This document shows, piece after piece, positions 30,707 to 40,874 of a stretch of DNA of 64,000 nucleotides. A model generated the notes under the pieces. It had not been told where the DNA came from. It did not search any database and was given only the letters and a program-made list of their open reading frames with translations. Both the position numbers and the translations under genes were made by a program. The stretch is from Candidatus Bathyarchaeota archaeon (GTDB lineage Archaea > Thermoproteota > Bathyarchaeia > Bathyarchaeales > Bathycorpusculaceae). Each line of letters opens with the position of its first letter. Position 1 is the stretch's first letter. Location: the NCBI GenBank assembly GCA_963767735.1, contig CAVYES010000002.1, positions 160,001-224,000 on the forward strand, written 5' to 3'.

Positions 30707-31117
30707 GTGTCCACAAAACTTAAAGAAAAAGAAGAAAAAATCCAGCAAATCATAACCAAGCTGGCAGAAGAGTCAGCGAAGGGCAAGCCGATAGTTGTTG
30801 AAGGCAAAAAAGACGAGCAGGCACTCCGCATTTTAGGAGTAAACGGCATAATTGTGACGGTGAAAACCGGCGGCAAATCCTTCCTTGACGTAACAACAGA
30901 AATAGAAACGCTTGGTACCCAAGAAGTCATTTTGCTCTTAGATTTTGACAGACGCGGCAAAGAAGGCACCCTACGCTTGCAACGCGACATGGAGCGGTCA
31001 AAAATCAAGATAAACGTTCAGTTTTGGCGTGAACTGCGAGCGTTGGCTGGACGAGAAATGCAATGCATTGAAAGCGTAACTTCCTACTTGAGTACGCTTC
31101 AGGAAAAAACCACGTAA
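30707..31117 (+). CDS. Toprim-domain protein (UPF0292-like)
   Basis: IVVEGKKD, LLDFDRRG. Confidence 0.9.
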   Translation: MSTKLKEKEEKIQQIITKLAEESAKGKPIVVEGKKDEQALRILGVNGIIVTVKTGGKSFLDVTTEIETLGTQEVILLLDFDRRGKEGTLRLQRDMERSKIKINVQFWRELRALAGREMQCIESVTSYLSTLQEKTT

Positions 31118-31327
31118 CCACCCAATTTTGACAAAGAAATTCGTCAACAAAATTGATACCTACCCCGCTTCTTACGACTGAAACGACCAAGCAAAACCAT
31201 ACCCATTAGCGCTCTCAAGGCAAATTCAACGTGCAGTGCACCCGTCTTATAAGAATAAAACTTTCGTCTTTTCAGTTAGGGAACTGTTTTTATAAACCGC
31301 CCGGCTTTTAAGTATTGGCGAAATTTT

Positions 31328-31906
31328 ATGGTTACAAATCCTGTTTTAGAAGCGATTAAATCTAGGCGAGCAATTCGCAGTTACGAAGATAAAGCAGTTC
31401 CCGAGTCTGCAATCCAAAAAATCCTTGAAGCTGCAACCTATGCTCCTTCAGCCATTAACGTTCAACCTTGGAAATTCACAATAGTCACCAATAAAGATGA
31501 AATGAAACAAATCTCTGATGTGGCGAAACCCGCGTTGATTCGGATGTTGCCTGACGTAGGCGACGAAGGGTTAGTTGGCTTAAAAAAACAGCTGTCAAAT
31601 CCAAACTACAATATTTTCTACAATGCCCCGGTCTTGATTTTTGTTTCTGGAGCTAAATCTCCCTATGTAGTTTATGACTGCTCCATGGCAGCGCAAAACA
31701 TGATGCTAATCGCCTACACTCTGGGGATTGGAAGCTGCTGGATAGGCACCGCGGTTCCCGCTGCTAACTACCCAAAAATTAAACCGACCCTTGGCATACC
31801 AGAAGACCATGACGTCCACGCCGCAGTCATCTTCGGTTACCCGAAAGGCGGCTTTCCAAAAGCTCCACCTAAGCGTCCAGCCCAGATTCTCAAACGCATC
31901 GAATAG
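31328..31906 (+). CDS. Nitroreductase family protein
   Basis: SRRAIRSY, APSAINVQPW, GIGSCWIG. Confidence 0.95.
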   Translation: MVTNPVLEAIKSRRAIRSYEDKAVPESAIQKILEAATYAPSAINVQPWKFTIVTNKDEMKQISDVAKPALIRMLPDVGDEGLVGLKKQLSNPNYNIFYNAPVLIFVSGAKSPYVVYDCSMAAQNMMLIAYTLGIGSCWIGTAVPAANYPKIKPTLGIPEDHDVHAAVIFGYPKGGFPKAPPKRPAQILKRIE

Positions 31907-31916
31907 AGGAAATCAG

Positions 31917-32663
31917 ATGGATGTCAAAGGAAAAGTTGCCATTGTTACGGGTGCGTCTCGTGGAATCGGATTAGCTACAGCCAAAATTCTATCCAGCAAA
32001 GGCGCCAAACTGGTTTTAGTCGCCCGCTCAAAAGACAAACTTGAGCAGCTTGCCGCTGAACTGCCTGAAGCAATTGCCGTTAGGGCAGACATTTCTAAGG
32101 CTGAAGATGTTAAGAACATGGTTAAGCAGGCGTATGAGCACTTTGGACAGATTGATATTCTCGTTAATAACGCAGGTCAGGGATACGATGTGCCGGTTGA
32201 GAAAACGGACATTGAAATTTTCCATTACATTTTTGATTTAGATGTGGTGGGTCCACTGGTTGCCATGAAAGAAGCTATTCCACTTATGCGGCGTCAAGGC
32301 AGGGGAACAATTGTCAACGTGAGTTCAGGAACAGCCCTAATGCAATTGCCTGATAACGGTCCATATTCAGCCTTAAAACGCGCGTTGGCTCAAATCAGCT
32401 TAACTGCGAGAATAGAGCTGGCAAAAGACAACATCGTTGTCAGCGTCGTTTACCCCTACATTACGCTTACCGACTTCGAAAAAAACACCATCAAAGATGC
32501 TTTACTGCAAAGGCAAGAAGAAGAATCGCCAGAAGCACGAGAAGCATTTAGTAAAGCTGACCCGCCTGAGTACACGGCGCAGCGAATCGTTGCGGGCATC
32601 GAAAGTGGAGAAGCCGAAATCTATGGGCACGACTGGATGAAGCCTGCTCCAAAACCACGTTAG
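31917..32663 (+). CDS. SDR family oxidoreductase
   Basis: TGASRGIG, NNAG, YSALK; start taken at MDVKGK. Confidence 0.95.
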   Translation: MDVKGKVAIVTGASRGIGLATAKILSSKGAKLVLVARSKDKLEQLAAELPEAIAVRADISKAEDVKNMVKQAYEHFGQIDILVNNAGQGYDVPVEKTDIEIFHYIFDLDVVGPLVAMKEAIPLMRRQGRGTIVNVSSGTALMQLPDNGPYSALKRALAQISLTARIELAKDNIVVSVVYPYITLTDFEKNTIKDALLQRQEEESPEAREAFSKADPPEYTAQRIVAGIESGEAEIYGHDWMKPAPKPR

Positions 32664-32664
32664 G

Positions 32665-33072
32665 CTAAGAATTTTTTCTTACATGCGGCACTAAAAGATA
32701 AGTTATCACCACTATACTGTATCCTATTTCGGTGGGTGCGGCAAACTTTGGGATTCCCGGAATGCTGGGCAAATTCGCAACCGTTAAGGCGTCTACGGCA
32801 GTAACGAATGAGGAAACTGCTATGGTGCCTATCCATCCTGATTTTTTGCCTTGCCAAATAAACATGGCGAAAACCATCACGAGCAAGCCGAAAACCAGAG
32901 TGTAAACGTTATAAGCTTCTGTCGCCTGCAAAATTGATGCTCCAAAGATAAGAAGCAGAGCCCCGATGAGAACATGAATGGCTCCAATAAACAGCTGCGC
33001 AACAGTTAAAACAAGTATGCCTATGCTTCTGCCCTTGTAAGTGACCGTTACTGGATTACGCTTGCTACTCAT
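32665..33072 (-). CDS. Hypothetical membrane protein
   Basis: Four hydrophobic helices. Confidence 0.75.
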   Translation of the reverse strand: MSSKRNPVTVTYKGRSIGILVLTVAQLFIGAIHVLIGALLLIFGASILQATEAYNVYTLVFGLLVMVFAMFIWQGKKSGWIGTIAVSSFVTAVDALTVANLPSIPGIPKFAAPTEIGYSIVVITYLLVPHVRKNS

Positions 33073-33119
33073 TCAATGCACAGCCAAATACCCGATTACT
33101 CAGGTCTAAAAAATGGGCG

Positions 33120-33455
33120 TTAGCTGGCCATTAATTTGGATAAGGTTGCCACAAGCACTTCAATGCGTTCTCCTGTTCTGCCGTAATCTGCCACTGAAGT
33201 AATCGTGGTTACAGGAGTCTCTCCTGAAATAGTCATCTTTGTTGTTTTTTCATCCACCTTTGACAAAGTTACTGTAAGCTTTGAAGGGTAGGCCAAGAAG
33301 GCCCCTTTAGTTTTAATCTTAACCGTATGAGTCTCTTCGTTTGATTCTGTTATTGTCCATTCAATCTTAGCGACTGCTTTTGGAATAGCCTCCCAGACAG
33401 CATTAAGCGGATATGAGACTTCCAGATTCTCTTTTTCCTCACGCAAATAGGCCAT
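33120..33455 (-). CDS. Hypothetical protein
   Basis: GGTGA RBS and an alpha/beta residue pattern. Confidence 0.8.
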   Translation of the reverse strand: MAYLREEKENLEVSYPLNAVWEAIPKAVAKIEWTITESNEETHTVKIKTKGAFLAYPSKLTVTLSKVDEKTTKMTISGETPVTTITSVADYGRTGERIEVLVATLSKLMAS

Positions 33456-33717
33456 TTTTCTTCACCATTCTTAAGCATAACTTTTTATTAAAGACGCATG
33501 GTATCACCCCGAAATTTTCGTCATCCGAAGTGGATCCTGAAACATCATCGCCTGAATTTGCCAAAAAATGAAGAGCATGATGCCTTGGTTAATGCAGCTT
33601 TTTATTCCATGGGCATGTTACAAAAGCAGATTGGCTTTTTACCCAAAAGAGTCTTATGGTAGCAACTCAAGATGTTATGAAACCAAGCGCTTTAAAAAAA
33701 GTGGCAAGTGCCTAAGC

Positions 33718-34425
33718 ATGGAACTGTCAATTGTAATTCCCGCCTATAATGAGGAAAAGAGAATTAAATGCACTTTGCAAAGCTTGGTTGACCGATTCAA
33801 TGGGTCATGTGAAATTCTAATTGTGTCTGAAAGCATTGATAAAACCAATGATATCGTAACTGAATTCTCCAAGAAATCGGGCGTCATTAAGTTAATAACT
33901 TCAAACAGACGGCTCGGGAAAGGGGGCGCTTTCAAAAAGGGCGTAGAGAACGCGCATGGTAAAATTGTGATGCTTCTTGACTCAGACCTTCCGGTGCCCA
34001 TATCGGATGTTGAGAAAGTAGTTTCATGCGTGAGAGCGGTTGATGTTGCTGTTGCTTCAAGAGAGGTCGAGGGAACAAAGATTTTGGTTTATCCTCCGCT
34101 TGCAAGAGTATTCGCCGGCAAAGCTTTCTCCCACATATTCAATGCCATGTTCAATCTTAACGTGAAAGACACGCAATGTGGCTGTAAAGCCTTCAAAAAA
34201 GAGGTCTTAGAAAACGTTCTCTATACCGTCGAAAGCAATGGCTTCGAGTTTGACGCAGAACTTTTATTCAAATGCAAAAAAATGGGCTACAAAATTAAAG
34301 AGATACCCGTAACATGGAGTTATAAGCCAGATTCAAAGCTTAACCTCTTTAACGACACAATAAAGATGGGGCGGGGGGTTCTCAAATTATGGGTGAAAAC
34401 TTACATAGCCACGCAGAAGACTTAG
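33718..34425 (+). CDS. GT2 glycosyltransferase (dolichyl-phosphate glucosyltransferase-like)
   Basis: SIVIPAYNEE, GKGGA, DSD, DTQCG.K, FD.ELL. Confidence 0.93.
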   Translation: MELSIVIPAYNEEKRIKCTLQSLVDRFNGSCEILIVSESIDKTNDIVTEFSKKSGVIKLITSNRRLGKGGAFKKGVENAHGKIVMLLDSDLPVPISDVEKVVSCVRAVDVAVASREVEGTKILVYPPLARVFAGKAFSHIFNAMFNLNVKDTQCGCKAFKKEVLENVLYTVESNGFEFDAELLFKCKKMGYKIKEIPVTWSYKPDSKLNLFNDTIKMGRGVLKLWVKTYIATQKT

Positions 34426-35156
34426 AACGCATTGAAGAATCCGACTTCTGGAGCAAAGTCAAAGCCAAGCTGATCCTACGTTTAGTTGAAGGCAAACATG
34501 TCTTTGACGTTGGCTGCGGCTCGGGTCGCCTCTCAAAGATACTTTTGGACCAAGGCTTCACTGTGGTGGCAATCGATACCGACCCCAAAGCGGTTGAAAT
34601 CGCCCAAAAAAAGAAGATTACCGCTTATGTATCAGACATTAGTGACTGGGGCGGGGAGGACAAATTTGACTGCATAATCCTCGGCGACGTACTTGAACAC
34701 ATCCAAGATGACAAAGCCGCCATGCACAAGATTCACGGCATGCTAATGCCCAACGGCTGCATTGTAGTTAATGTGCCCGCTTACCAAGCCTTGTTCAGTA
34801 AACATGACTCCGCTTTGGGGCATAAACGGCGCTACTCCAACAAGGAACTAAAAGGTAAACTGCGAGATTCAGGTTTCAAAATTGAGTATTTTAGGCATTG
34901 GAACTTGCTGGCGCTGCCAATCACTGTTGGAATTAAACTTTCCCGAAAAGATTACCCCCATGAAGAGGTAGCCAACAACAAATTCTTATCTGGACTGCTT
35001 GAAAAATGGCTAATAGTTGAGTCAAAAATAAACTATTTGTTCGGAATTTCTATTTTATGCAAGGCACGAAAAGTTGAGTTAAACGCCTCAAATCCTTCGC
35101 CTAATCAATCTGTACTGGCGCTGCAGCGTAAGCGTCAACGGCACCTGTCGTCCTAA
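34389..35156 (+). CDS. Class I SAM-dependent methyltransferase
   Basis: DVGCGSG, DVLEHI, VPA...HD...GHKRRY. Confidence 0.92.
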   Translation: MGENLHSHAEDLERIEESDFWSKVKAKLILRLVEGKHVFDVGCGSGRLSKILLDQGFTVVAIDTDPKAVEIAQKKKITAYVSDISDWGGEDKFDCIILGDVLEHIQDDKAAMHKIHGMLMPNGCIVVNVPAYQALFSKHDSALGHKRRYSNKELKGKLRDSGFKIEYFRHWNLLALPITVGIKLSRKDYPHEEVANNKFLSGLLEKWLIVESKINYLFGISILCKARKVELNASNPSPNQSVLALQRKRQRHLSS

Positions 35157-35732
35157 AGGTTGGCATTTCCCGCTTACAATTGCTTTTGCTATTGCGTCAA
35201 CGTTGGGTTCGCAGTCTATTGCCGTGTAGCCGTAGCCGATGGTTGGGCCGAAATGAGCGTCGGTCCCAGCGACTTGGGGAAGTTTAAGCTTCTGAGCTGC
35301 AGCTGTTGCTTTTTGTTTGTTGCGTCCAAATGGAAAAGCGGAGGCGTTCAAGGTTTCTATGGCGTCAAATTGGGCTTCCTCAACATGGCGCCCTAAGCTG
35401 CCTTTTAACCAAGCGTAAGGGTGAACTGCAATAGCTATCCCGCCTGCCTCATGGATTTTGTCAACTGTTTCCCTTGCGCTTAAGCCTCTCGGAATCAACT
35501 TTTGAAGGTTCAATGCAACTATGTGGCCGTCGGCGCTTGAAACCTCCATGCCTGGAATAACAAGAAAATCGGTTTCTTTTGCTATTTTTAAGCTGCCTTC
35601 AATTTGATTATGATCCGTCACGGCTACCGCGTTCAAGCCGCTTTTTTTGGCGTAAAAGATGAGTTCTTTTGGAGTTATCAGCGAATCTTTGGAGTAGTTG
35701 CTGTGAACATGTAAGTCGGCGTTGATTTGCAT
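35088..35732 (-). CDS. PHP-domain metallohydrolase
   Basis: DLHVHS, VTDHN, GME, HPY, GTDAH. Confidence 0.93.
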   Translation of the reverse strand: MQINADLHVHSNYSKDSLITPKELIFYAKKSGLNAVAVTDHNQIEGSLKIAKETDFLVIPGMEVSSADGHIVALNLQKLIPRGLSARETVDKIHEAGGIAIAVHPYAWLKGSLGRHVEEAQFDAIETLNASAFPFGRNKQKATAAAQKLKLPQVAGTDAHFGPTIGYGYTAIDCEPNVDAIAKAIVSGKCQPLGRQVPLTLTLQRQYRLIRRRI

Positions 35733-35748
35733 TGATTATCCTCCGATC

Positions 35749-37464
35749 TTATTTTGGCTGGTTTGCCGTTTTAGCTCTAATCTGAGCCAACTGTTCATCT
35801 AGTTTTGCTTCGTCAGATTCGATTTTGTGGAATAGCGGTTTTGGTTTAGCTATTTTATGCCCAGCTTCAAGTGGTTTTAATGCTTCGTTCCAGTTGCTTT
35901 CGTTGACGTGCCCTGGGAGGCTGAGTGTTTGCCAAAGCTGCTCCGCCGTGTCCGGCATGAACGGCGCCGAAACCACCGCGATAGCTTTTACCACTTGGGT
36001 GGCTACATAGAATATGGTTGCTGCTTTTTCCTTATCGGTTTTCATTAGGTTCCACGGTTCTTTTTCGTTTAGGTACTGGTTTCCAATACGGCTTATTGAG
36101 ATTAGCGTGTTGGCGGCAGACTGAAGCCATGAGCTTTCGATTTCTTGGGCTGCAACTTGCACTTTCGATTTGATTACCTGTAACACGGCTTCGTCGCTGC
36201 TGTCTAATTTGGTTGGGTTTGGAATTTCGCTGTCAAATTTTGAAGCAATAAAACTTAAGGTTCGATGAATAAAGTTGCCGAAGGTGTCGTTTAAGTCAGC
36301 GTTGATTTTGTCTATAAAAGCGCTCCATGTGAAGTTGGTGTCTTTGCTTTCGGGTCTTGTAGCGATTAAGAAGAACCGCCAGTAATCCACTGGAAACATC
36401 TCAAGTGCTTCATCAATCCAGATGCCGACGCGTTGGCTTTTTGAAGCTTTTTGCCCCTTGAACTGCAAGAACTCGGTGGCGGAAACGTTCCACGGCAAAT
36501 TATAGCCTTCGCCAGAAGCCAACAGCAACGCCGGTAAAATAATGGTGTGGAATGGGATGTTGTCTTTGCCGACGAAGTAGAGAGTTTTGGCTTGATTGTT
36601 AAACCAGAATTCGCGCCATTTTTCTGGCTGTCCCATGCGTTGGCATTGCTCGATGGTTGCTGAAACGTAGCCTAAAACGGCGTCGACCCAAACATAGACT
36701 GTTTTGCCTTCTGCGCCCTTGAAAGGTGCTGGGATGCCCCATTCGACGTCGCGGGTGACGGCTCGCGGTTTTAAGCCTTCTTTTATCCAGTTTAAACTGA
36801 AGTTTTTAACGTTGACTGGAAGCTGCTGATTACCCTGCAGATACTCTGTTAATGGTTCAGAAAGCTTTGAGAGGTCGATGTACCAGTGGCGCGTAGTTTT
36901 CACTGTGGGTTTATTTTTGCAGATTACGCAGTACGGCTCAACCAGCATTGTTGGCTCCAAGAGCCTGCCGCACATGTCGCATTGGTCTCCACGAGCTTTT
37001 TCGCAACCACAATAGGGGCATTTGCCTTCCACGAAGCGGTCAGGTAAGAAACGCTGGTCATGTTCGCAGTAGAGCATCTGTGTCTCTTGCTCGAAAATGT
37101 AACCGTTCTTTTGTATTTCCAGCAGGGTTTTTTGGACGAATTCTTTGTGCACTGGGCTCTCCGTGCTGGTGTAGTTGTCAAAGGAAGCGCCCCACTTGCG
37201 GAAGAGTTCGGCTACGAGGGTGTGGTTTCGGTCAGTTAACGCTTTAGGCGTGATGCCTTGCTTTATCGCTTCAACCTCGATGGGTGTGCCATGTGTATCT
37301 GAACCGCTTACCATCAACACGTCGTCGCCACGTAACCTGTAGTATCTTGCTGTCACGTCGGCTGATAGGACTGAGCCGACAAGGTTACCCAAATGAGGCG
37401 TGACATTGATGTATGGCCAAGCGGACGTAACTAAAACCTTTTCAGGCAAATGAATCTCCAACAA
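35749..37464 (-). CDS. metG: Methionine--tRNA ligase
   Basis: WPY...HLGN, two Zn knuckles, YVWVDA, GKDNIPFH, KASKS. Confidence 0.97.
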   Translation of the reverse strand: MLEIHLPEKVLVTSAWPYINVTPHLGNLVGSVLSADVTARYYRLRGDDVLMVSGSDTHGTPIEVEAIKQGITPKALTDRNHTLVAELFRKWGASFDNYTSTESPVHKEFVQKTLLEIQKNGYIFEQETQMLYCEHDQRFLPDRFVEGKCPYCGCEKARGDQCDMCGRLLEPTMLVEPYCVICKNKPTVKTTRHWYIDLSKLSEPLTEYLQGNQQLPVNVKNFSLNWIKEGLKPRAVTRDVEWGIPAPFKGAEGKTVYVWVDAVLGYVSATIEQCQRMGQPEKWREFWFNNQAKTLYFVGKDNIPFHTIILPALLLASGEGYNLPWNVSATEFLQFKGQKASKSQRVGIWIDEALEMFPVDYWRFFLIATRPESKDTNFTWSAFIDKINADLNDTFGNFIHRTLSFIASKFDSEIPNPTKLDSSDEAVLQVIKSKVQVAAQEIESSWLQSAANTLISISRIGNQYLNEKEPWNLMKTDKEKAATIFYVATQVVKAIAVVSAPFMPDTAEQLWQTLSLPGHVNESNWNEALKPLEAGHKIAKPKPLFHKIESDEAKLDEQLAQIRAKTANQPK

Positions 37465-37664
37465 CCGTTTAGTAGCGCCCTTATTTAAAATTACTAGTAC
37501 CCAATTATAACCAAATCCAACATCGCAAAATAAGAGAAAACTTTGGGATCTGTCTCTAATTTTTGTTTGTAATCGTTGGGCAGAACATCAATGGTTGTGT
37601 TGCCGTTTGATGGGGCTGTAATGGGTTGTTTTTTTGATTTTAAGCTTGAATCGGTTGCAGGTTG

Positions 37665-37724
37665 TGTGCATATTTGTGTTGGTTTGTGCTGAATTGTGTG
37701 GATTTGTGTGGAATTGTATGGATT
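37665..37724. repeat. 10-bp-period array, 6 x TGTGNNNNWT-like
   Basis: TGT starts at 37665, 37675, 37685, 37695, 37705 and 37715. Confidence 0.85.
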
Positions 37725-37817
37725 ATTGAAGAGCCGCTCTGAGTAGGTTGCGGCAAATTTTGAACAAGCCGTTCTAAGTTGCTTTTCTGGTTTAGGCGTT
37801 GAAACGTTTGCAGGTTG

Positions 37818-37900
37818 AGTGTTTTCGCGTTGTTCTGCGTGTTTCTGCGTTGTTTTGCGTGTTTCTGGGTGTTTCTGCGTTTTATCGCGTTGGTTCGCGT
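37818..37900. repeat. 10-bp-period array, about 8-9 x GTTTCTGCGT-like
   Basis: GT ends every decamer from 37820 to 37900. Confidence 0.9.
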
Positions 37901-38118
37901 TTCTAAAGGCTTAAGTTTAGGTTAGTTGATGGTTCTGAAGGTCAGCCTTTTAACGGTTGCTTCAATTAGAAACCGGCGTTTACAAACTTTAAATGGGCAA
38001 AAGTTCACGTTCAAGGCAGCTAGAACCTCAAGGTACCACCAAAATATTTAGAGACAGAGCCAAAATTTTGGTAAGACTTAAATTTTTCAAGTTGCAGTAC
38101 CCGTAGATTGAGGTTAAA

Positions 38119-38457
38119 TTGGATTTGCCTTACTGCCGAATTTGCGGAACGAAAATGGAAGAAAACGCTCATTTCTGCCACAGATGCGGAACGCCAGTCG
38201 CCACTTTTATGCCTGCCCCTCAAGCAAAGCCAATGGAGAAAAACTCGTTTCTGGTGCCAGTCATTATTTTGATAATCGTAGTGATTGTCGCAGTAATTGT
38301 AGGCGTCGTCGCTTTTTGGACGTTTTACTCAAGTTTTAACCAAGCAAACGGAGCAAACCAAGGCAACTTTAGTCAATTAAGCTTCATTTTTCATGACGAA
38401 GCGGCAAAAGTAACTGCGATAGCTCAAAACTTGATAGGCAAATCGAACCTTCAATAA
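38119..38457 (+). CDS. Zinc-ribbon domain membrane protein
   Basis: YCRICG.KM...A.FCHRCG followed by a TM helix. Confidence 0.85.
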   Translation: MDLPYCRICGTKMEENAHFCHRCGTPVATFMPAPQAKPMEKNSFLVPVIILIIVVIVAVIVGVVAFWTFYSSFNQANGANQGNFSQLSFIFHDEAAKVTAIAQNLIGKSNLQ

Positions 38458-38558
38458 TTCATTAAGGGTAGCAACATACGAGTCCTCAATTTCTCCAAAC
38501 ATAAAAAATTAAGCGTAAACATTTTAAATACACACTCTTGCACCTTAGTATATAAGAA

Positions 38559-38807
38559 GTGATTTCTATGTCTGAACTAAAAAAGGTTACAAAGCAAGAG
38601 CTAGAAGAAAATAACGGAAAAAATGGTAAACCAGCCTACATAGTATACAAAGGAAAAGTCTACGACGTCACGGAAAGCAGTTTCTGGATCGATGGAGACC
38701 ATTTGGGCATGCATCAAGCAGGCAAAGACTTAACTGAAGAATTAGAGATGGCTCCGCATAAGGACGAAAATTTACAGAGAGTAAAGCTGGTAGGCGAATT
38801 AGTCTAA
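38559..38807 (+). CDS. Cytochrome b5-like heme/steroid-binding protein (paralog of 17368)
   Basis: NGKNGKPAYIVYKGKVYDVT...GDH.G.HQAGKDLT...APH. Confidence 0.92.
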   Translation: MISMSELKKVTKQELEENNGKNGKPAYIVYKGKVYDVTESSFWIDGDHLGMHQAGKDLTEELEMAPHKDENLQRVKLVGELV

Positions 38808-38902
38808 GCGTTACGTGTGATTAATTAAAAAAGTAGTTTTTAAACGCTAATATCTTGAGGATATCAACTTTTTGTGTTTCTAAATGTTTCGTCGGCTAAG
38901 TG

Positions 38903-39214
38903 TTAGGCTATGTGAGCTGCGCAATCACGCATAGCATCAAAGACCGGAAGAAATGCTTTCCCCTTCTCAGTTAACGAATACTCAACCCTTGGAGGAACCT
39001 CGGGGAAAACAACTCTTTTTATGACTCCATTTTTTTCCAGCTCTCTGAGGTGTTTTGTGACGGTTTTTGAGTTAACGTCACCCATATTTTTCTGGAGCGC
39101 AGTAAATCTCAGCGTCTGATCTCTAAGGTTCCAAATGATAAACAGATTCCATTTGCTTCCGACGATTTCTACGACAGTTTTAAACTGTGCATGTACTTTA
39201 TTTTCAGATTCCAA
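38903..39214 (-). CDS. HxlR family transcriptional regulator
   Basis: GSKW...LRF...L.ELE..G...FPEVPPRVEYSLT; divergent from the flavodoxin operon. Confidence 0.95.
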   Translation of the reverse strand: MESENKVHAQFKTVVEIVGSKWNLFIIWNLRDQTLRFTALQKNMGDVNSKTVTKHLRELEKNGVIKRVVFPEVPPRVEYSLTEKGKAFLPVFDAMRDCAAHIA

Positions 39215-39335
39215 GCCAATCTGCCTTTAGTTACTTATTGGAAATAATATTACTATTGTGCTTCTGACGTATTTTAATATTGCTGGTAGATAAAATGATT
39301 GTGTCTAAAGAGACGAGACGGATAGTGATGTAAAA

Positions 39336-40022
39336 ATGAAGGTTTTAGCGATAAACGGCAGCGCCAGAAAACAATGGAACACAGCAATTCTTCTGAACAA
39401 AGCCCTTGAAGGTGCAGCGTCGAAAGGAGCCCAGACAGAACTCATTCACCTATACGACCTTAATTTCAAAGGATGCACAAGCTGCTATGAGTGCAAGCTA
39501 AAGAATGGAGCATCATTCGGCAGATGTTCCCTTAAGGATGAATTATCAGTTGTGCTTGGCAAGATAGAAGCGGCAGATGCGTTAATTCTCGGAGCGCCCT
39601 TTTATCTGGGAACGATACCTGGCGTAATGAAGTCGTTTCTGGAGCGTTTGGCAACCCCTTATCTTGTTTTAGACGCCGATGATGAGCTGGTTTCCCTCTT
39701 CCCGAGGCAGATACAGACTGGATTCATTCATACCGCGGGAGGCGACGCAAACCATCTGAAAGCTATGAGAGTTGAAAACCACATTAGAAACAATGAGATG
39801 ACCCTGAAAATGATTTTTGGGTCGGTGGAATCCCTCGTAGTTACGGATACGCTTCACGTTGACGACTACTCAAAGTATGTTATGCCTTTTGACGCTGAAG
39901 AAAAAATGAAGAAGCGCAAGGAAGAGTTTCCTCTGGACTGCGAGAAAGCGTTTGAGATGGGCGCTAGACTTACTCAAGAAAAGTCGATCCCGACTGAAGA
40001 AGGCGGTTTACATGAGCGTTGA
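39336..40022 (+). CDS. Iron-sulfur flavoprotein / FMN reductase family protein
   Basis: INGSARK.WNT, CTSCYEC...C. Confidence 0.9.
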   Translation: MKVLAINGSARKQWNTAILLNKALEGAASKGAQTELIHLYDLNFKGCTSCYECKLKNGASFGRCSLKDELSVVLGKIEAADALILGAPFYLGTIPGVMKSFLERLATPYLVLDADDELVSLFPRQIQTGFIHTAGGDANHLKAMRVENHIRNNEMTLKMIFGSVESLVVTDTLHVDDYSKYVMPFDAEEKMKKRKEEFPLDCEKAFEMGARLTQEKSIPTEEGGLHER

Positions 40023-40863
40023 TATCTACTATTTTTCAGGCACCGGCAACTCATTAGTTGTTGCCAGAGATATTGTAGAAAAAACCAATGGAAAACTAAT
40101 AGCAATACCTTCCGTCATGAATAAAGACAAAATAAGAACAGATGCCGAGGCGATTGGAGTTATTTTTCCCGTTCACGGAATTTTCCGCATTCCATCCATA
40201 GTTGAAAGATTTGTTGGGAAGCTAGACAATGCCAATTCAAAGTACATTTTTGCGGTCACCACATATGGAAGTATGGCTGGCGGAGCTGTCAAAAGTTTTC
40301 GCAAAGTGGTCGAATCTCGCGGCGGCAAACTTTCAGCAGGATTCGCAGTACATATGCCGATGAACAACATCACCATACCCTTCATGTACAGTGGAACAGT
40401 TGGAGATAAAGAACAAAAGTTATTCGCACACTGGCGTAAAGAAAGCGGGGTTATTTATGAATACATAAACGTTCGGAAAGAAGGCAAATTTGAAGCCACC
40501 AGCAAGTTGCTCATTTCTTTGTTTTACCCGATTGATAAAATATTTGCGCGATGGCGAATTGAAAGCAAATACAATAAACTTACAAATTCTAATCTAAACA
40601 AAGATGATCTTTGGCCTATGATGGATGTCAGCTTCCATTCTGACGAGAAATGCAACGGCTGCGGAATTTGCTCAAGAATTTGTCCCGTGAAGAACATAAA
40701 AATGGTTGATGGCACGCCTTCGTGGCAGCATCACTGCGAGCGGTGCATGGCGTGTTTGCAGTGGTGTCCGAAGGAGGCTATACAATTTGATAAGGATTCG
40801 ATTGGCAGGAAACGGTATCATCACCCAGATGTAGACCTTTCTGATATGATAAGGCAAAATTAA
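40012..40863 (+). CDS. EFR1-type flavodoxin-ferredoxin fusion
   Basis: YFSGTGNS; CNGCGICSRICP and CERCMACLQWCP; RYHHP. Confidence 0.92.
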   Translation: MSVDIYYFSGTGNSLVVARDIVEKTNGKLIAIPSVMNKDKIRTDAEAIGVIFPVHGIFRIPSIVERFVGKLDNANSKYIFAVTTYGSMAGGAVKSFRKVVESRGGKLSAGFAVHMPMNNITIPFMYSGTVGDKEQKLFAHWRKESGVIYEYINVRKEGKFEATSKLLISLFYPIDKIFARWRIESKYNKLTNSNLNKDDLWPMMDVSFHSDEKCNGCGICSRICPVKNIKMVDGTPSWQHHCERCMACLQWCPKEAIQFDKDSIGRKRYHHPDVDLSDMIRQN

Positions 40864-40874
40864 ACGAATCTCTT

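Larger units (their letters stand above)
37546..38061. mobile_element. Element B: ~516-bp non-coding MITE-like element with TIRs and an imperfect TSD
   Basis: Left end GGATCTGTCTCTAA; right end reverse-complements to GGCTCTGTCTCTAA (13/14). Flanks are AAAACTTTG and AAAATTTTG. No ORF; two internal cassette-plus-array modules. Confidence 0.75.

Noticed and set aside
31791-31916. N-terminal extensions of the SDR ORF (similarly at 33568, 39952 and 54215)
   Set aside because: They overlap upstream genes or promoters. Downstream ATGs at the start of the recognisable domain are better starts.
37665-37900. CRISPR array
   Set aside because: The period is 10 bp, there are no 25-40 bp repeats with unique spacers, and no cas operon is present.
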